This document shows, piece after piece, positions 50,501 through 63,844 of a DNA stretch of 64,000 nt. Position 1 is the stretch's first letter. Every line of letters begins with the position of its first letter. The position numbers were made by a program, and so were the translations under genes. The stretch covers positions 20,648,001-20,712,000 of the forward strand of contig NC_087251.1 in assembly GCF_037042905.1 (NCBI RefSeq), read 5' to 3'. The notes under the pieces were generated by a model. That model saw only the letters and a list, made by a program, of their open reading frames with translations. It ran no database searches and was not told where the DNA came from. This DNA is from Lytechinus pictus. Lineage: Eukaryota.

Positions 50501-53500
50501 TTTCTATGAGATATTGATAACAATTACTGTGCCATGGTGTCTTGGCTACCGATTATATGCCCCTGATCATAGATTAATCATTCATGGATTAACGAGAGAA
50601 ACTCTCATTCATTCTACTTCAGACGGAGCTTTAAGTACCACTGACTTACCTCGTATTAATTCATAGATGTTCATGTCCATAAGCTCACACACTAATGACA
50701 GGTTTCCAGTTTTTCTATCACTGTTGATGATGAAAAATTGACAGGGGAAAGTTGTATTGGTATTTGAATACTTGATCAAAGAATACCAAAAGAGAGGATC
50801 ATTTCACAGATGCTAAATGTGACTTAGAAATGCATTTTTGTATAATTCTTAAATGCATGCAGTAACACATCATCCAGTAAGTCAAATCATGCTTTGGGAA
50901 TAATAGTTACAACATAATTATAAATGGAAGTGCATTGGTAATTAAACAAGGTTTCAAGTGACACTTAACCCTTAGTTTAAGAGGAAAGGGAAACAGAATG
51001 AAAAACTAAAAGATGAAGTTTTCTTATATTGTTGTCTAAGGCATAAGCCCATCAATTCATGGCAAAGGCTGAAAGTACATGTTATGTACAAGTACATGAA
51101 TTTTATGAAAGTGATTTAACCAGGACAATCTTTATTTCTTCTCTAATTGTAACCATGAAGGAATGATACAATTATTTAAATCACTCAATAAAAAAGACTT
51201 AACCAAAGATGAACATTTATTGTAATCATAAATTATGTTGTAAATATTTGTTTTCTATTATTGCTTGTTGACAAGTAGCATCCAATATCATATTATTTTG
51301 TACTGATCTTTAATATCACCTTTGGATGTTTTTCATGTATATTTTTTATGCAGGGCCTCCTAGTATAACAGTATTGTAACTACTGATGGGGCTACCTTGT
51401 TAAATAAAGACGAAATAAATAAATGAATAAATATATTGTGACCACAGACCTTTGACTGTCAATATATGAATAGAGTAAATATCTTGCCTACGATATTGAT
51501 TATACATGTATAGTCCTTTAGTGAGACCTTTGCTATTCATAATGACCAAATGGTCATCAAACCAACCGTATTATTTATAGCCTAGCAGGCCTATCCAAAT
51601 GATTGGGGACAATAAAAGAATGATACTGCAGTAGTTAAGTCACACTAACAAAACCAAATCCAAATAAAAACAAAATTCAAAATAACAAAATAGAATTGAT
51701 TGGAGAGGAGTCAGTTTTCCCATAGTATCTGAGGCATACAAATGAATATCAATAGCATTTAATAAGAGGTACATGTATATTGGTCCAGCAAATATATACC
51801 ACTAGTAGGATTTGCCACTGAATTTAGTGCATTATAACAATGTCTACATTATTCATTATATTTATCCTGCATACACTGTTTGATACACAAATGATGTAGT
51901 CTTACATGTACATGTATTTCTTAACTTCCATTCTAGAAATACCACGTAAATGTATCAAGATTTGTGTGATATAAAGGCAATATCATAATAATCTGTTACA
52001 TATTCAATCTCACAGCTTGATGTAAATAAGTGTGTACATTGTAGGCCTACATTACATGTACATGGACAGACATAACACTCTTTAAGAAATCCTTGAGTTC
52101 GATTAATCCATTCCCTTGGATACATATATACTTCATACTTCAATTTGCCTCAATTGGAAACAGCCATTAATCTGGAAAAAATCTCTTTGGTACCACCATT
52201 TCCATGGAAACAACAAAATTGTGAAAAAATACCTTTATTCAATACTAATATGATATGAAGTGTGCGAGGAGAGGCGCTTGGTAAAAAGCAACATAGGAAT
52301 GATAGGATAGTAGTGCATTTATTTTTCCAATCCTCTTCACACATCCGATGAGCGTGAAATTACATACATGCACGATTGCTCTATCATTTAGCCATTTTTG
52401 CAGGTGCAACGGAGAAGCACAAATTAGGGGTTTTATTACCAGGAAAATGCTGAGTGATAAAAGTAATAAAAAATAACACACAATCACTTTTAATCATGAG
52501 ATAATCATAGAGGGAACGGTGGGGGGGGGGGGGCAACTGAGAATTGTGCAAAGTCAAGAATCTGAATGAAAAGGATTAATTGGGTCTTTAAAAATGAATA
52601 ACCCAAATAACTCCACGGTAGTAGTGATCACATCGAAAATTTCATTTTCAAAACTCCAAGGATTTAAATTTAATTTAAATAAATATCTAAATTTGATTTA
52701 AATAAATATCTGGTGTACTAGTTTAAACTAGATTAAATATAGATTAAACTGGATTTCATAATATGAATCATTATACTTAATATAAAATAGAAAGTCCCAA
52801 ATTACAGGGCTCAACATTAGCAGTGGCCCAGGGCAAACTAAATTGCGAGTCGGGCCACCAAAATTCTGTAAAAGCCCACACTTGGTGGCCTAAAGTGTTT
52901 ATAAATTGTAATGTTTTCTATTGTTTTAGGGCCACCAAAAATATGAAGTTGATGATTTTGGTGGACCGACTGGGCCACTAGAAAAAAAGTAAGTGTGGAG
53001 CCTTGCTATATAGATGCCCTTTATACCCCGAGAAAACTGAAATACTTACAAGATTACTTCTTTGAGTTCTAGAATGTTGGCATGAGGACTTAATCTCTTC
53101 ATGGCTTGAATTTCTCTCAGATTGTTCACTTGCTCCAAACTGAAATACATAAAAAAATATACTTCATTTGACCATCCCCTGTCACACAGTGCTTTTATTC
53201 CAAAATGTGCTATAAACAATATCACATAATTATTTACAGATATAAAAGATTGGGTTATATGAAACGGGTGAGTTACAAAATTATTTTTAATAAATAAATG
53301 TTGAAAAAATGTTATGAAGCTCTGTTAATATTAATAGCCATCTTTATCAATGGTATCACACATTTGTAGGTTATACATAAGAAAACAAAAAGAAGACCCC
53401 AGCATCATATGATTTTTCACTGGTGTCATTAAAAAGAACATAATGTACAGTATAGGCTATCTGTAAATACACACTGTATGGATCAATTCTAAGGCTGAAG

Positions 53501-54980
53501 AATATGAAATAAGGAATTATAAGCATTTTTATAAATGAAATAATCGAAGTTTAGTGATGTTTCTTATCTTTTGGCTTGGTTTCAATTTCAACCTTTCTGT
53601 TGAGTAATTCATTTTGAATTATAGAAATTTATAATTCATATTTTTTCATGGGGTGACTAAATCAATTTGTGAAAACCATTATGAGGTATTGATGATGATG
53701 TTATCTTTTTATTCTTTTATAATTATATTTATAATTATTTACCATTTAATGTCTCCTAAATGAGATACATACACATGATGGTTATTTAATTCTTACTATC
53801 ATTTGATAGCACAATTGACAGACTATGTACATGTATAAATGGTTTGTTTGGGGATTTTGTTGTTGTTGAAAAGTTTAGGAAACAAATTCCATTATCAGGT
53901 ATATTCTGTGAAACATATTAGACCTATTACAAAAAATAAATATTATCAACTAGATACTTTTCATTTAGAAAGAAGAGATTTTGTGATGTACTCTTACCTT
54001 TGGTAGTTTTGTTTCATTTTCTTACATGCATAGTACGTTCCATCCTGTATATGCTGGCACTTGAGCACTTCTGAGAAAGTGCCCTCACCTTTCTTGCCTA
54101 AAATCCGGTATTCTAGGTAAAAAGAGAGCAGGAAAATGATAATTTGTAAGTCTCAACATTCCTGATCTGAGTAAAACAAGCCAGGAGAGTAAAACATACA
54201 AGCCAGGATCTGGAATATATTAGATTTGTGATATACTGTACCACACAAAATGGTATGAATGGTTAACGATAGTAATGTATTGTATAATGATCAATTGATA
54301 CTATATGAATTAAATTTCTAGTTATGACATTTGAAAAAGTAAGAAAAAATGTTGCCAATGTGATCATACATGTATTAAAGACAGTTTACATATTATAGTG
54401 TCAGGAATTACCTACAGGTTATATTATAACCTCGTTCGTAGGATGAGTGACATGTATATAGCCATTATAGGTAATAGACTAGGCCTATAAAAATATCCTA
54501 AAGCAAAGTGAACAATTCTTTTTTTAAAGAGTTATGATCTACATTGTAAAGGAAAAGAGGCATTGTAGTGCATTGTATGAAAAAAAATGATTTTACCACT
54601 TCATTATTCAAGTTAACCATGTTAACCATGTTGTTAACTTTATATCGATAATGGCATCAACATGATAATTGATCTTTGATGAGCATGATCAGGAAAACTT
54701 TATTAAAGCAAACATAGGGCCCTATATTAAATAGCTATGAGCACTATTTTCAATTTCATTTAAAATAATCCTTTTGTGACAAAATATCAAGCAATCATAC
54801 AAAGTGCAGCTAACGTAATAAATAGAAAAAATGTCTCTGTGCGATGATACATATATCCCTGTGTGTCACATCACAGAGGCGATAGAGTAATTGGTGTATA
54901 TATGGTTACATTATAATCCTCGTTGAAAACACGGGTAAACATTCGCACGTAACAAGGTACACAATATACTCACTGTGCAT
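35468..54980 (-). CDS. MOK: MAPK/MAK/MRK overlapping kinase (MOK/RAGE-1), RCK-family Ser/Thr kinase; 13 coding exons, 438 aa
   Basis: Exons on the minus strand: 54974-54980, 53998-54112, 53050-53139, 50650-50720, 49918-49996, 48777-48825, 46784-46869, 46314-46406, 45767-45868, 44101-44277, 38207-38357, 35837-36049, 35468-35551. Total 1317 nt, all GT-AG and phase-compatible. The protein has [84 protein letters not shown] and PLFPGANEVDQIAKIHDV, which is characteristic of MOK. Confidence 0.95.
35837..36049 (-). CDS. MOK: MOK exon 12 (C-terminal tail)
   Basis: RKSKLHESENFTSTLLPKVQ...SMLPSIANTHYNKHHHTTK; cag/gtatgt boundaries, phase 0 to 0. Confidence 0.82.
38207..38357 (-). CDS. MOK: MOK exon 11 (C-terminal tail)
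   Basis: (R)DADKRKQHAEKKKMSLGDQGSVISEDTAKESHVEGKDGDNENHKSLRKAK; cag/gtaag boundaries, phase 2 to 0. Confidence 0.85.
40120..40360. repeat. About 75-bp tandem repeat, 3 units, in MOK intron 10
   Basis: Recurring aaaagca..agtgctat..ataatgcttatagca..ttcattaata..atgtag. Confidence 0.6.
44101..44277 (-). CDS. MOK: MOK exon 10
   Basis: (N)KARGINYNFPSKKGTGIEKLLPNATKQTLEIINKLCTYDPDERITAKQVIRHAFFKDL. Confidence 0.95.
45767..45868 (-). CDS. MOK: MOK exon 9
   Basis: (S)LHPLFPGANEVDQIAKIHDVMGTPDATVLNKFR. Confidence 0.95.
46314..46406 (-). CDS. MOK: MOK exon 8
   Basis: (W)[30 protein letters not shown]. Confidence 0.95.
46784..46869 (-). CDS. MOK: MOK exon 7
   Basis: [28 protein letters not shown], DFG and TEY motifs. 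Confidence 0.95.
48777..48825 (-). CDS. MOK: MOK exon 6
   Basis: (R)[16 protein letters not shown], catalytic loop. Confidence 0.95.
49918..49996 (-). CDS. MOK: MOK exon 5
   Basis: (G)RRHYLPQEKVKNYIYQLIKALEHMH. Confidence 0.95.
50650..50720 (-). CDS. MOK: MOK exon 4
   Basis: (F)[23 protein letters not shown]. Confidence 0.95.
53050..53139 (-). CDS. MOK: MOK exon 3
   Basis: (S)[29 protein letters not shown]. Confidence 0.95.
53998..54112 (-). CDS. MOK: MOK exon 2
   Basis: (K)[37 protein letters not shown]; tag/gtaag boundaries. Confidence 0.95.
54974..54980 (-). CDS. MOK: MOK coding exon 1 (ATG CAC A)
   Basis: aaaatcATGCACA|gtgagt; phase 1 joins exon 2 to give MHKYRILG. Confidence 0.8.
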
Positions 54981-55489
54981 GATTTTCACGATATATCACT
55001 TGGCATAGCATAAAATCAAGGGAGTTGATTGATTCAAGACTGAGAAACTGGATATTTCCGATTCAATTCCGTCAAAATGACATCCCTGTTTCATTTTATG
55101 GCAGAATGCTCCATTTTGTGGGTTCCTGAGCTAAGAGACGAACGGATGAAACCAAGAAACTGCAATAACCAGTTCACATGTTAGCTGCCGACGTTTCGGA
55201 TCAGTCCCCATTCACACAATCACATTCTCTATGGACAAATGAGAGACACCGGAGCACATAGAGAGACTTCAAATATATTTCTCCGCGCATTTCACTAATG
55301 AAATATTAAATGCCCTCAGTTAGGCTGCAATTGTAAATAAATGCAAAAAGCTTTCAAATTTAGTGTTTCATATTGTTAAAATTGGTTAGACTCGATTAGA
55401 ATGGTATGAATTTGCTTGTGGAATGGTTTGCAAATGGAACTATACTCCGACTCCGCGCACTGCCATTGCTCGATTCTCCCGAAAAGTTG

Positions 55490-55504
55490 GTTGCCTGTGG
55501 TAAC
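55490..55504. promoter_or_regulatory. RFX X-box upstream of MOK
   Basis: GTTGCC-tgt-GGTAAC fits the X-box consensus GTNRCC(N0-3)RGYAAC, about 510 bp upstream of the MOK ATG. Confidence 0.65.
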
Positions 55505-56921
55505 GAGGTACGCTGTCCATTTATTATGGGAACCTCTGTGAGAGAATCTTATTGTTATCATATTGATTTATCCTCGAGCTTTATAATGTTTGTTAACAGC
55601 CTCTTTATTATAAGCATTAAAGAGGTTGCGGAGGATTTTCTCTTGTTTAAGAAGGGGACGGAGCGACAAAATAGTAACAATGACATTGCTCTAGATAGAG
55701 GAGGATAAACGATCCGCCTATTTTGGGATTCTACCCGCACTATACCTGAGACTTAGACAGGGTGAAAGTGTTTGTGTAATGATTTGCGGTCAGGGCAAGG
55801 AGATATTGTTGGTCAGCTAACACAAAATTTTTAATTCCGAAACACGTTATTGGTTAAGAGAAGTACAGTTGTATGTAAATTAACATCGCTTGGTTAAAAT
55901 GTTGGCTATATATACTAAAGGCGAAAATTTGATTTATTCACTTTGTATTTTCATTTACACAGCTGTAACCGACGCAGGATTATGTATACTGAATGTGTAG
56001 CAAGATGAGTTCTTGACAACGCTCTCATTGTCTTAATAATAAATTATTTTCCTAATGTTGCGTGCAGAACATTTTACATCAAACGTATCTAAAATTTTAA
56101 ACTTTCCACCAACCAAAAGCACATTATGCACCTGTATGTGTTTCTCCCAAAAAGATTATATGAAAAAAAAATAAACATGATAATCTGCGACGGACCCCAT
56201 ATCATAATGTAAACTCCATATGCGCTTAAATGAATGGAAAATGGATTAACATTGATGGTACTTATCATTAATGTTACATCACACATTTGGGGGCTATCGT
56301 GAACATACAAGAAATAAAAAAAGCAGATTAAAAATAAAAGATTCGACTTATTCTTGTAAATCCTTTGTAAAAATTGCGAATTTTTGATGAGTCATTTAAT
56401 AAAAAACAAATATATTTATTAAAAAAAAAAACACACACACACACACACACATATATTTGGGGGTTATTCCCCATCGTTTAGCAAACACGACTCCGTGAAT
56501 ATGATGCACTGCATAATAAACACCCTCTAATCAAAAGAATCGATAAATCAATGACCGTGTTCTTTTATTTATACCGACTAATTCAACCTTTTTTGTCCTC
56601 TGTCATTCTCATTTTCATTTCATGCACCCCTCCCCTCCTTCACTCCCTCTCCCCCCATATCTCATTAATTCTCTCTCTCTTTCGTTTGGGGACGTTTTAT
56701 CTCCATACTAAATTCCTTATGCCGAGAAAATAATCCCGGTGCACAACTTCACGATCGGTTTGCGATCCGATTTTGGGTAAATCTATAACGATCATTCCTG
56801 CCCTAAAAATCTCAAAGATAAAACTTCCAAATAGTGGTATGAATAATACAATGAAAATTTCAGTTTAATGCGAGCCTCCTTGTAGGAATAATAGTAAAGT
56901 TTGTGCAATTTCAAATCTCAG

Positions 56922-56972
56922 TGATTGATTGACTGATTGATCGATCGATCGATTGATTGATTGATTGATTGG

Positions 56973-57006
<34 letters not shown>
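56922..57006. repeat. (GATT)n tetranucleotide microsatellite
   Basis: gattgattgactgattgatcgatcgatc... run. Confidence 0.9.
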
Positions 57007-57008
<2 letters not shown>

Positions 57009-58292
57009 CATCATTGGTACAAGAACAAGAAGGAAAAAATGTAAACAAAATACCTTGTTAGCCCATGTAAGCCGATGGCGTCCTAAGTAACTGATTACAA
57101 AGTTATGAAAACACATATTAAATAACAAACTGCTTCAAACAAGTCTCGAGCACAAAATTAGCAAGATAATCGTAAAAAGAGAAAGACAGAAAAGAAATAA
57201 TAAAACATAACATGATGGACAATAGTATTGGCAGGAAAGATTGTGAAAATGGCTATACAGTGATACAATGTTGTTCATACATATTGATGTGTGATGAGAA
57301 GGCGTTAAAGCCTTTCCCTTTTCTTTTTTTTTCTTTTAAGAATGGTTTGTTTTTTATTCACACTCGAAAAACAACGAGTAAAATTTTACCCATTATTTGG
57401 TATAAAAGGAACATATGCTTGTTTGCTGAGTATTTTTACCCCATATTCGGCTATTTCTTTTTTTTCTATTTCTTTCTTTTTCCAAACCAACATGCGTGCT
57501 CCCATTTTTCCCAATATTGGGTAAACCTTTTTTAGAGTGCAATTCATACTTGTCCTTACTTTTTTTAAAGAATTATGGGAGGATATACTCATTATTCTCA
57601 TTGTAGCATATTGATAATTGTAATTTCATTTATATCTGATGGAAATAAATAGATATCATATCCATTGAGGGCCCTCACTTATAGTGCCCAAATCCCATTT
57701 GTACTAACTTTATATCCTGAGGCAAAATATCTGTTAGATAAACACAAATCGATAAAAGATCTGACAGATGAGCAGAAAAAAAGAGAACATTCAATTCAGA
57801 GAAGGTCCCTTTAATCATGAGACTACCCGCCCATTTTAAGAGGGGTATATACCAATCGAGTTCAACTCCGCCACTGCTTCTAATGGCACACTTACAAACC
57901 AACTTCTAAGCGGTACCGCATACAAATCTACTCTGTGCCGGTTTTCAAATCATGTTATACGTGTTGTAACCGTCAGAAGAATTTTGCCAGGTGCCCCTGA
58001 CTGAAATCTAGGCGTCGCCGATTAGTTTTGATCCGCGCCTATGGATTCAAGAAGTGCAGCGGCCGCGATTAGTGGCACCGATTAATTATTCTCACTTGCT
58101 CCGACGTTAGAAACATGAGGCGCTAATAAGTTTTCTTAAGCACCGATTCTGGAAAGAATAGGCGCCGGTGTTGAAATCAATAGGCGCCGAATAAGATGCG
58201 GCGCACTGGCCACTGGCTTTGAAATCATTAAGCGCCAATAAGTTTTTTCACCTGCGCCGGTGCCCGCCGGTGTTAGAATCAAGAAGCTTTAG

Positions 58293-58837
58293 AGGTCAAG
58301 TCCACCCCAAAAACAGTTGATCTCCATAAATAGAGACATAAGTTTCGCTTATTTTTCACAAAACAGTTCTATGCTCAACTCAGTGATATGCAAACGAGAG
58401 AGTCGATGATATCACTCACTCAACCTGCACTCACTCACTATTTCTTTTGTTTTTTTATTGTTTGAATTTTTCAATTTTTACGAATTTGACAATTAGGACC
58501 TCCTTGCCTGAACCACAAAAAGTTAAAATAATGGAATTCCACGTGTTCAGGGAGGAATGAAACTTCGTTTCACATGACAATGACGAGAAAATATATATTT
58601 CATATTTCATATAATAAAATACAAACGAAATAGTGAGTGGGTGATAATATCGGTCCCCTCATTTGCATACCAAACAGAGTGTGCATATAACTGACTGTTT
58701 TGTGAAATGAAGCGAAACTTTAAAATATTATAACTTTTTTTATTTTACATCCGATTTTGATGAAATTTTCAGTGTTATGCTTTTTTGAATTTTTTCTTTC
58801 TATTCAAATCACTTTTTTGTTGGGGTGGACTTGTCCT
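58293..58837. mobile_element. TTAA-family MITE (first of a tandem pair)
   Basis: aggtcaagtccacccc...ggggtggacttgtcct|ttaa. Confidence 0.85.
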
Positions 58838-58926
58838 TTAATTAATTTTCATCGGTGCTGGTTTCTTCTTGACCGTCGCCGCCTTAGATTTAGGTGACCA
58901 AATCGGGCAGCTCCAATTATTCTTAA

Positions 58927-59531
58927 AGGGCAAGTCCACCCCAGAAAAATGTTGATTTTTAATCAATAGAGATAAATCAAACAAGCATAACACTGAAAAT
59001 TTCATCAAAATCGGATGTAAAATAAAAAAGTTATGACATTTTAAAGTTTCGCTTATTTCTCACAAAACAGTGATATGCACAACTCAGTGATATGCAAACG
59101 AGAGAGTTGATGATGTCACTCACTCACTGTTTCTTTTCTTTTTTATTGTTTGAATTATACACTATTTCAATTTTCTTAGATTTGACAATAAGGTCCCTCT
59201 TGGTTGGACCACAATATGTTCAAACAATGGTAATTCCACGTTTTCATGGAGAAATGAAACCTTGTTTCTCATGACAATAAGGAGAAAATGGAAATATTTC
59301 ATATTTCATATAATAAAATACAAAAGAAATAGTGAGTGGGTGATGTCATCAGTCCCCTCATTTGCATACCGACCTGGATGTGCGTATAACTGTTATGTGA
59401 AATTAAGCGAAACTTTAAAATGTCATAACTTTCTTATTTTACATCCGATTTTGATGAAATTTTCAGTGCTATGCTTGATGGATTTTTCTCTTCTTATTCA
59501 AATCAACTTTTTGTTGGGGTGGACTTGTCCT
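58927..59531. mobile_element. TTAA-family MITE (second of a tandem pair)
   Basis: TTAA|agggcaagtccacccc...ggggtggacttgtcct|TTAA. Confidence 0.88.
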
Positions 59532-60286
59532 TTAACAAGCGAATGTTTTTGCTTGTTTGATGTTTTTGTTTTCGCTTTGTTTTGTTTTTTTAGCGGCGCC
59601 TTCGGCCCCATGGAAAAAATAGGGACTCGCGCCCTATTTTATACTAACCTTAAAGTACTAATTTATCAAAATGAAAGTATTAATTTTAAAGGCAAATTAC
59701 AAGTTGTTCAGAAGTTCGAATGTTGCATCACATCTTAACATCATTTCAAAGATTCAATCAAATCTTTTTATTCTGCAAGCTATTCTTTTTCATTTACTTG
59801 AGTAATATAAAATAAATTAACCCTTTCTGGCTTCATCCAAGTTCACTGTTTTATGTGCGATTTTCACATTGGGTGAATTTTATATCGTGGTCTGTGATGC
59901 CATTTTATTCATTTTCAGACGACACCCTTATTGAATATGATGACTCCCTCTTCATCCTCTTCGAACCACATTTATCTCACCTATGACAAATTAATGGCAA
60001 AAAGAAGCTGCTAAAAACTGCTCTAATAAAAGAGAGCCAATGGAGTAAATTAGAAAGTCAAAAGGGGCCTAAGCATGGGTGTCGATCGGTATTCTTGGTT
60101 GGGGGGGATGATTGACACAAATATTCTTGTGGATGGGGATCTTTCAATATTACCCCCACTAAAATCACAAGTTAGGACATTTGGGAGTGGTTGATATGCA
60201 TGGTGTTCTAGGAAATTCCTTCATTGTTGCAGTGTACTGTATTTATATATATTTTTTTTCAATTCAATTTGTGTTACAAGTAAACC

Positions 60287-61420
60287 CAGTGGCGTACCGT
60301 GGGTCATGGCATTGGGGGGCACCAGCACAATTTTTGAGTCACTTAATGAGCGCGCGAAGCGCGCTCAGTTGCCAGGTATACTGACCTAATAGACACACTT
60401 TAAGGACAGTGCCATATATTAAACAGATATGTATCTCACTGATGAAATAATGCATGCGCGAAGCGCGAGCTTAAAATTTTTGATATTCGGACGTAAAAAG
60501 GGACATTACAATCAACTTTTTGTAATCATGATACGTACCTGTCTCGCTAAACAATGCGAGCGCGAAGCGCGAGCTGAAATTTTTGTATATATTGACCCCA
60601 AACAGGGAGATTTTAAGGACTATATTTAAGGAATCCACTACATATCTCACCACAGTCATCTAATGCGAATGCTAAGCGCTTGCTGATTTTGTTAGAATTA
60701 CACATGAAGCACTTGAAGTCATTGTAATCATGATTATTAACATATGCATCTCAATAATCAAATATTGCGAGCGTGAAGCGCGAGTTGAAAATTTAGGAAA
60801 TTCAGACCTGAAAAGGGGCATTCTAAAGCTTGTTTTAGGAATTCACTAAGACCATACGTATTTCATTAACCAAATGATGCGAGCGCGAAGCGTGACCTGA
60901 ATATTTTTTATATTGAGATCAGAAAAAGGGACATTTTAAGGACTGATTCTAGGAATTCATGGAGAGCAGACATATCTCACCAATCCACTAATGCGAACAT
61001 AAGCACGGACAGGAAATGTTTTATATTAAGACCTTAAAATGTCGCAATCACTTTAAGTAGTCATGAAAAGAAGCATACTATTGCACATAAAATAATAATT
61101 CGAAGTGCGAGGAAGTATATTGAAAACAGGAGGTTTTAGTACCACAGGATTATATATCTCGTTAAAGTTAAACAGACAATGTGAGCACCAGGAACAATGA
61201 AGACATGGGCCCTAATGAAATTATTTTTCATAAAGTTATGCAAAAATGCGTCTTATGTAATATAACAGAATTATAGTATAATGTAACATCATAATGAACA
61301 ATAATTTCTTCTTTACATTTCTCTTCCTCTCTCCCTCTTTTTCTCATTTTCCTCGTTTTTTTTTTGTCAGCCGATTTGGGGGGCATGTGCCCCCCATGCC
61401 CCCCGTAGTTACCCCCACTG
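60287..61420. mobile_element. Nested hAT-like element with GCGAGCGCGAAGCGCGAGC tandem units
   Basis: Ends cagtggcgtac.../...gttacccccactg; flanks agtaaacc/agtgagcc (6 of 8 match). Confidence 0.75.
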
Positions 61421-61655
61421 AGTGAGCCTATTCTAAACTAATACGAAAGAAAAAATGACAAAAATTGTCTGGACCATGTACAAAGTGATCTGTTTATTGA
61501 GCATGATGTATACAACTTCTCTCTTAAATCTAACCCGACTGGTAATATCTTGTTTCTTCTTAATGTATGATGATAAAATGCAGATTCGGACAAATTAAGA
61601 CTAGCACAAATGACAAACTGTGTGGCTTCTCGTGCGCCATCGGGCTTACCGTCAT

Positions 61656-62733
61656 CAGTCAGTCCGCAAGCCCTGAAAAAGTAGCTTCTTTTATCCAAGT
61701 GATATTCATGACAAGAGGGTTTTTGCATAGTTAATGAGCTTGGTGCGAACCAAAACACCTCTTTTTATTCGGCCATTGCTGCTCTAAATATTGACCAAAT
61801 TTCATGTTTTTGGTATCTTTGTAAAAAAGAACAATCATTCTTTTAGGTCATGTGTTTGGATTTAAAAAAAAATGTTGTAATATAGGAAAAACTTTTGATC
61901 TAAAACATGAAACAAAATATTTTTTTTTCATGCAACAAAAGTTGTTGTTTTCACACTTAATTTCTGTTTAGGCACAAATGATTTTTAAATCATGATAAAG
62001 CTGAAGATCTTAGCTTTAATATTATATAATTTTTATAAGAAGATGTATTTTAGATGGGTCAGCAGCCAGCTTTTTATAGGCCAAGTACATTTTGCAGCTC
62101 AAAAACAAGAATACTGCGCTCTGATTGGTCATAGACCACACACCCACGCAAATTCCAATGTTCCCCACACTGGGCCTCTGCAAGGTCACACTCACCATGT
62201 GGTAATCTCTTCAAATTACCCGCGCCTGTTTGTTTTGAAAACAGTATTCAGCCAATCAGAACTCTGGATTTTATGTTACTCAGAAATTTCAGAAATCTCG
62301 TCTTGCATCTTGATGGAAATAACTGGCTGCTGACCCATCTAAAAGATGCCACATATCAAGAGTGACATTGTAAGAAAGTATAGAGTTTGAGCTTTCTGAT
62401 GATATAAATAAATAAAACACAAAATGTTGCACAATTTGCAAGTGAAAACAGAGGAAGAAAATTCTGTTTGATGCATCTTTTCAGGTAAAAAATTCACTTA
62501 TTTATCAAAATATTTCATTCAAAAGAAATGACCAATATAAAAGGGTAACATTTACTCTTGCCCATGCATGGTACAAAAATAATTAATATTACTCAAAAAG
62601 AAAGTGGTTAAATTCTTTGAGAAAGAAAGTCTCACAATTCACGAGATTTTGCAGGGACATGAATTCAGCCACGAGAGGACTTGGATTAATCTTGCTCATT
62701 TGCTCATTAACACAGGGGCTTGCGGACTGACTG
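61656..62733. mobile_element. Nested DNA element with CAG termini and 4-bp TSD (TCAT)
   Basis: TCAT|cagtcagtccgcaagccc...gggcttgcggactgactg|TCAT; internal IR ttttagatgggtcagcagccag/ctggctgctgacccatctaaaa. Confidence 0.82.
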
Positions 62734-63844
62734 TCATTCCTTAGACGATTTTAACCCTGGATTTTAACATGTTTTAAATGCTTTATAAGTGCATGAAACA
62801 AAAACAAACATAAAAACAATCAAAACTCAACTGTCATGTTATTGTATTTCTCCAACATCTTCTTGAATCATCAGTGTGTAATATCAGCTAATATATGTGT
62901 TAAAATGAAATTAACATACCGCATGAGTGTGCTCATATAGAATGCAAAACTGTCATCCCTTTCCAAACTCAAAAAAGATTTCTTTTTGCCAAAAATAAGA
63001 AAATATTAACCAAGTTTAGTTATTCAAGTCCATAACAATTACAAGAATAACATGAAGAAAAAAAACCTCCGATGTTCATATCCGAAGATACGCTTTAGAG
63101 AGAAATGAATGATTTTTCTTTCTGAAACCATTAATTGATTTCACTTATTAAAAAATTGTAAAAATATTATCATATTATATTGAGCTCACTGAACCTCAAT
63201 ATTTTCATGAGAGGTATCTGATGGGGTCAAATGATAAAATGTTTAATATTCAAAAGGGTTGTAGATTAAATGGGACAAACACCATGCACTTGGATGTGGG
63301 AAGGGGTAAATCTGAAAAAAGGTATTTGTACTTTTTCAAGATCTACCCCTATAGGATTTACGTCCATGGGGGTTTCCCTGTTTATCTTGCCACCCTTTTC
63401 CACCCGTTTATTTTTCCACCCTTTTGAATTAATTGATTTCTTAAAATTAATTTATTCACCACTGGTGGGATGGAACACCCTATCAACAAAAGTTGTTTTT
63501 CGTCGGGGTCCTTTTATGTCATGTGTTAAAAAAATATCATATACCGGTACATAAACATTTCATTTTTTCATCTTGAACCTCCACCCATCTGTTTAAAAGT
63601 CCTGGAAAAGAATGTTTTTATTTAATAACAATATACACAAATTGCGAGGGAAACAAACTGATTGATGGCATACTATAATCATCACTATAATCATCATTAT
63701 CAAACTTTTCATTTTTTCATCATCATTATTACAATTTTTCTACCCTAAATTATTGGGGGGGGGGGATGATAATACAGGCCATCCCCCCACTTGAAATATT
63801 GGGGGGGATATATCCCCCCATCCCCCCCGTGATCGACACCCATG

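Larger units (their letters stand above)
60074..63844. mobile_element. hAT-like non-autonomous element, 3.77 kb including nested inserts
   Basis: Perfect 14-bp TIR CATGGGTGTCGATC/GATCGACACCCATG and perfect 8-bp TSD GGCCTAAG (60066-60073, 63845-63852). Confidence 0.9.

Noticed and set aside
56865..57128. ORF with INQS repeats
   Set aside because: Translation of the (GATT)n microsatellite
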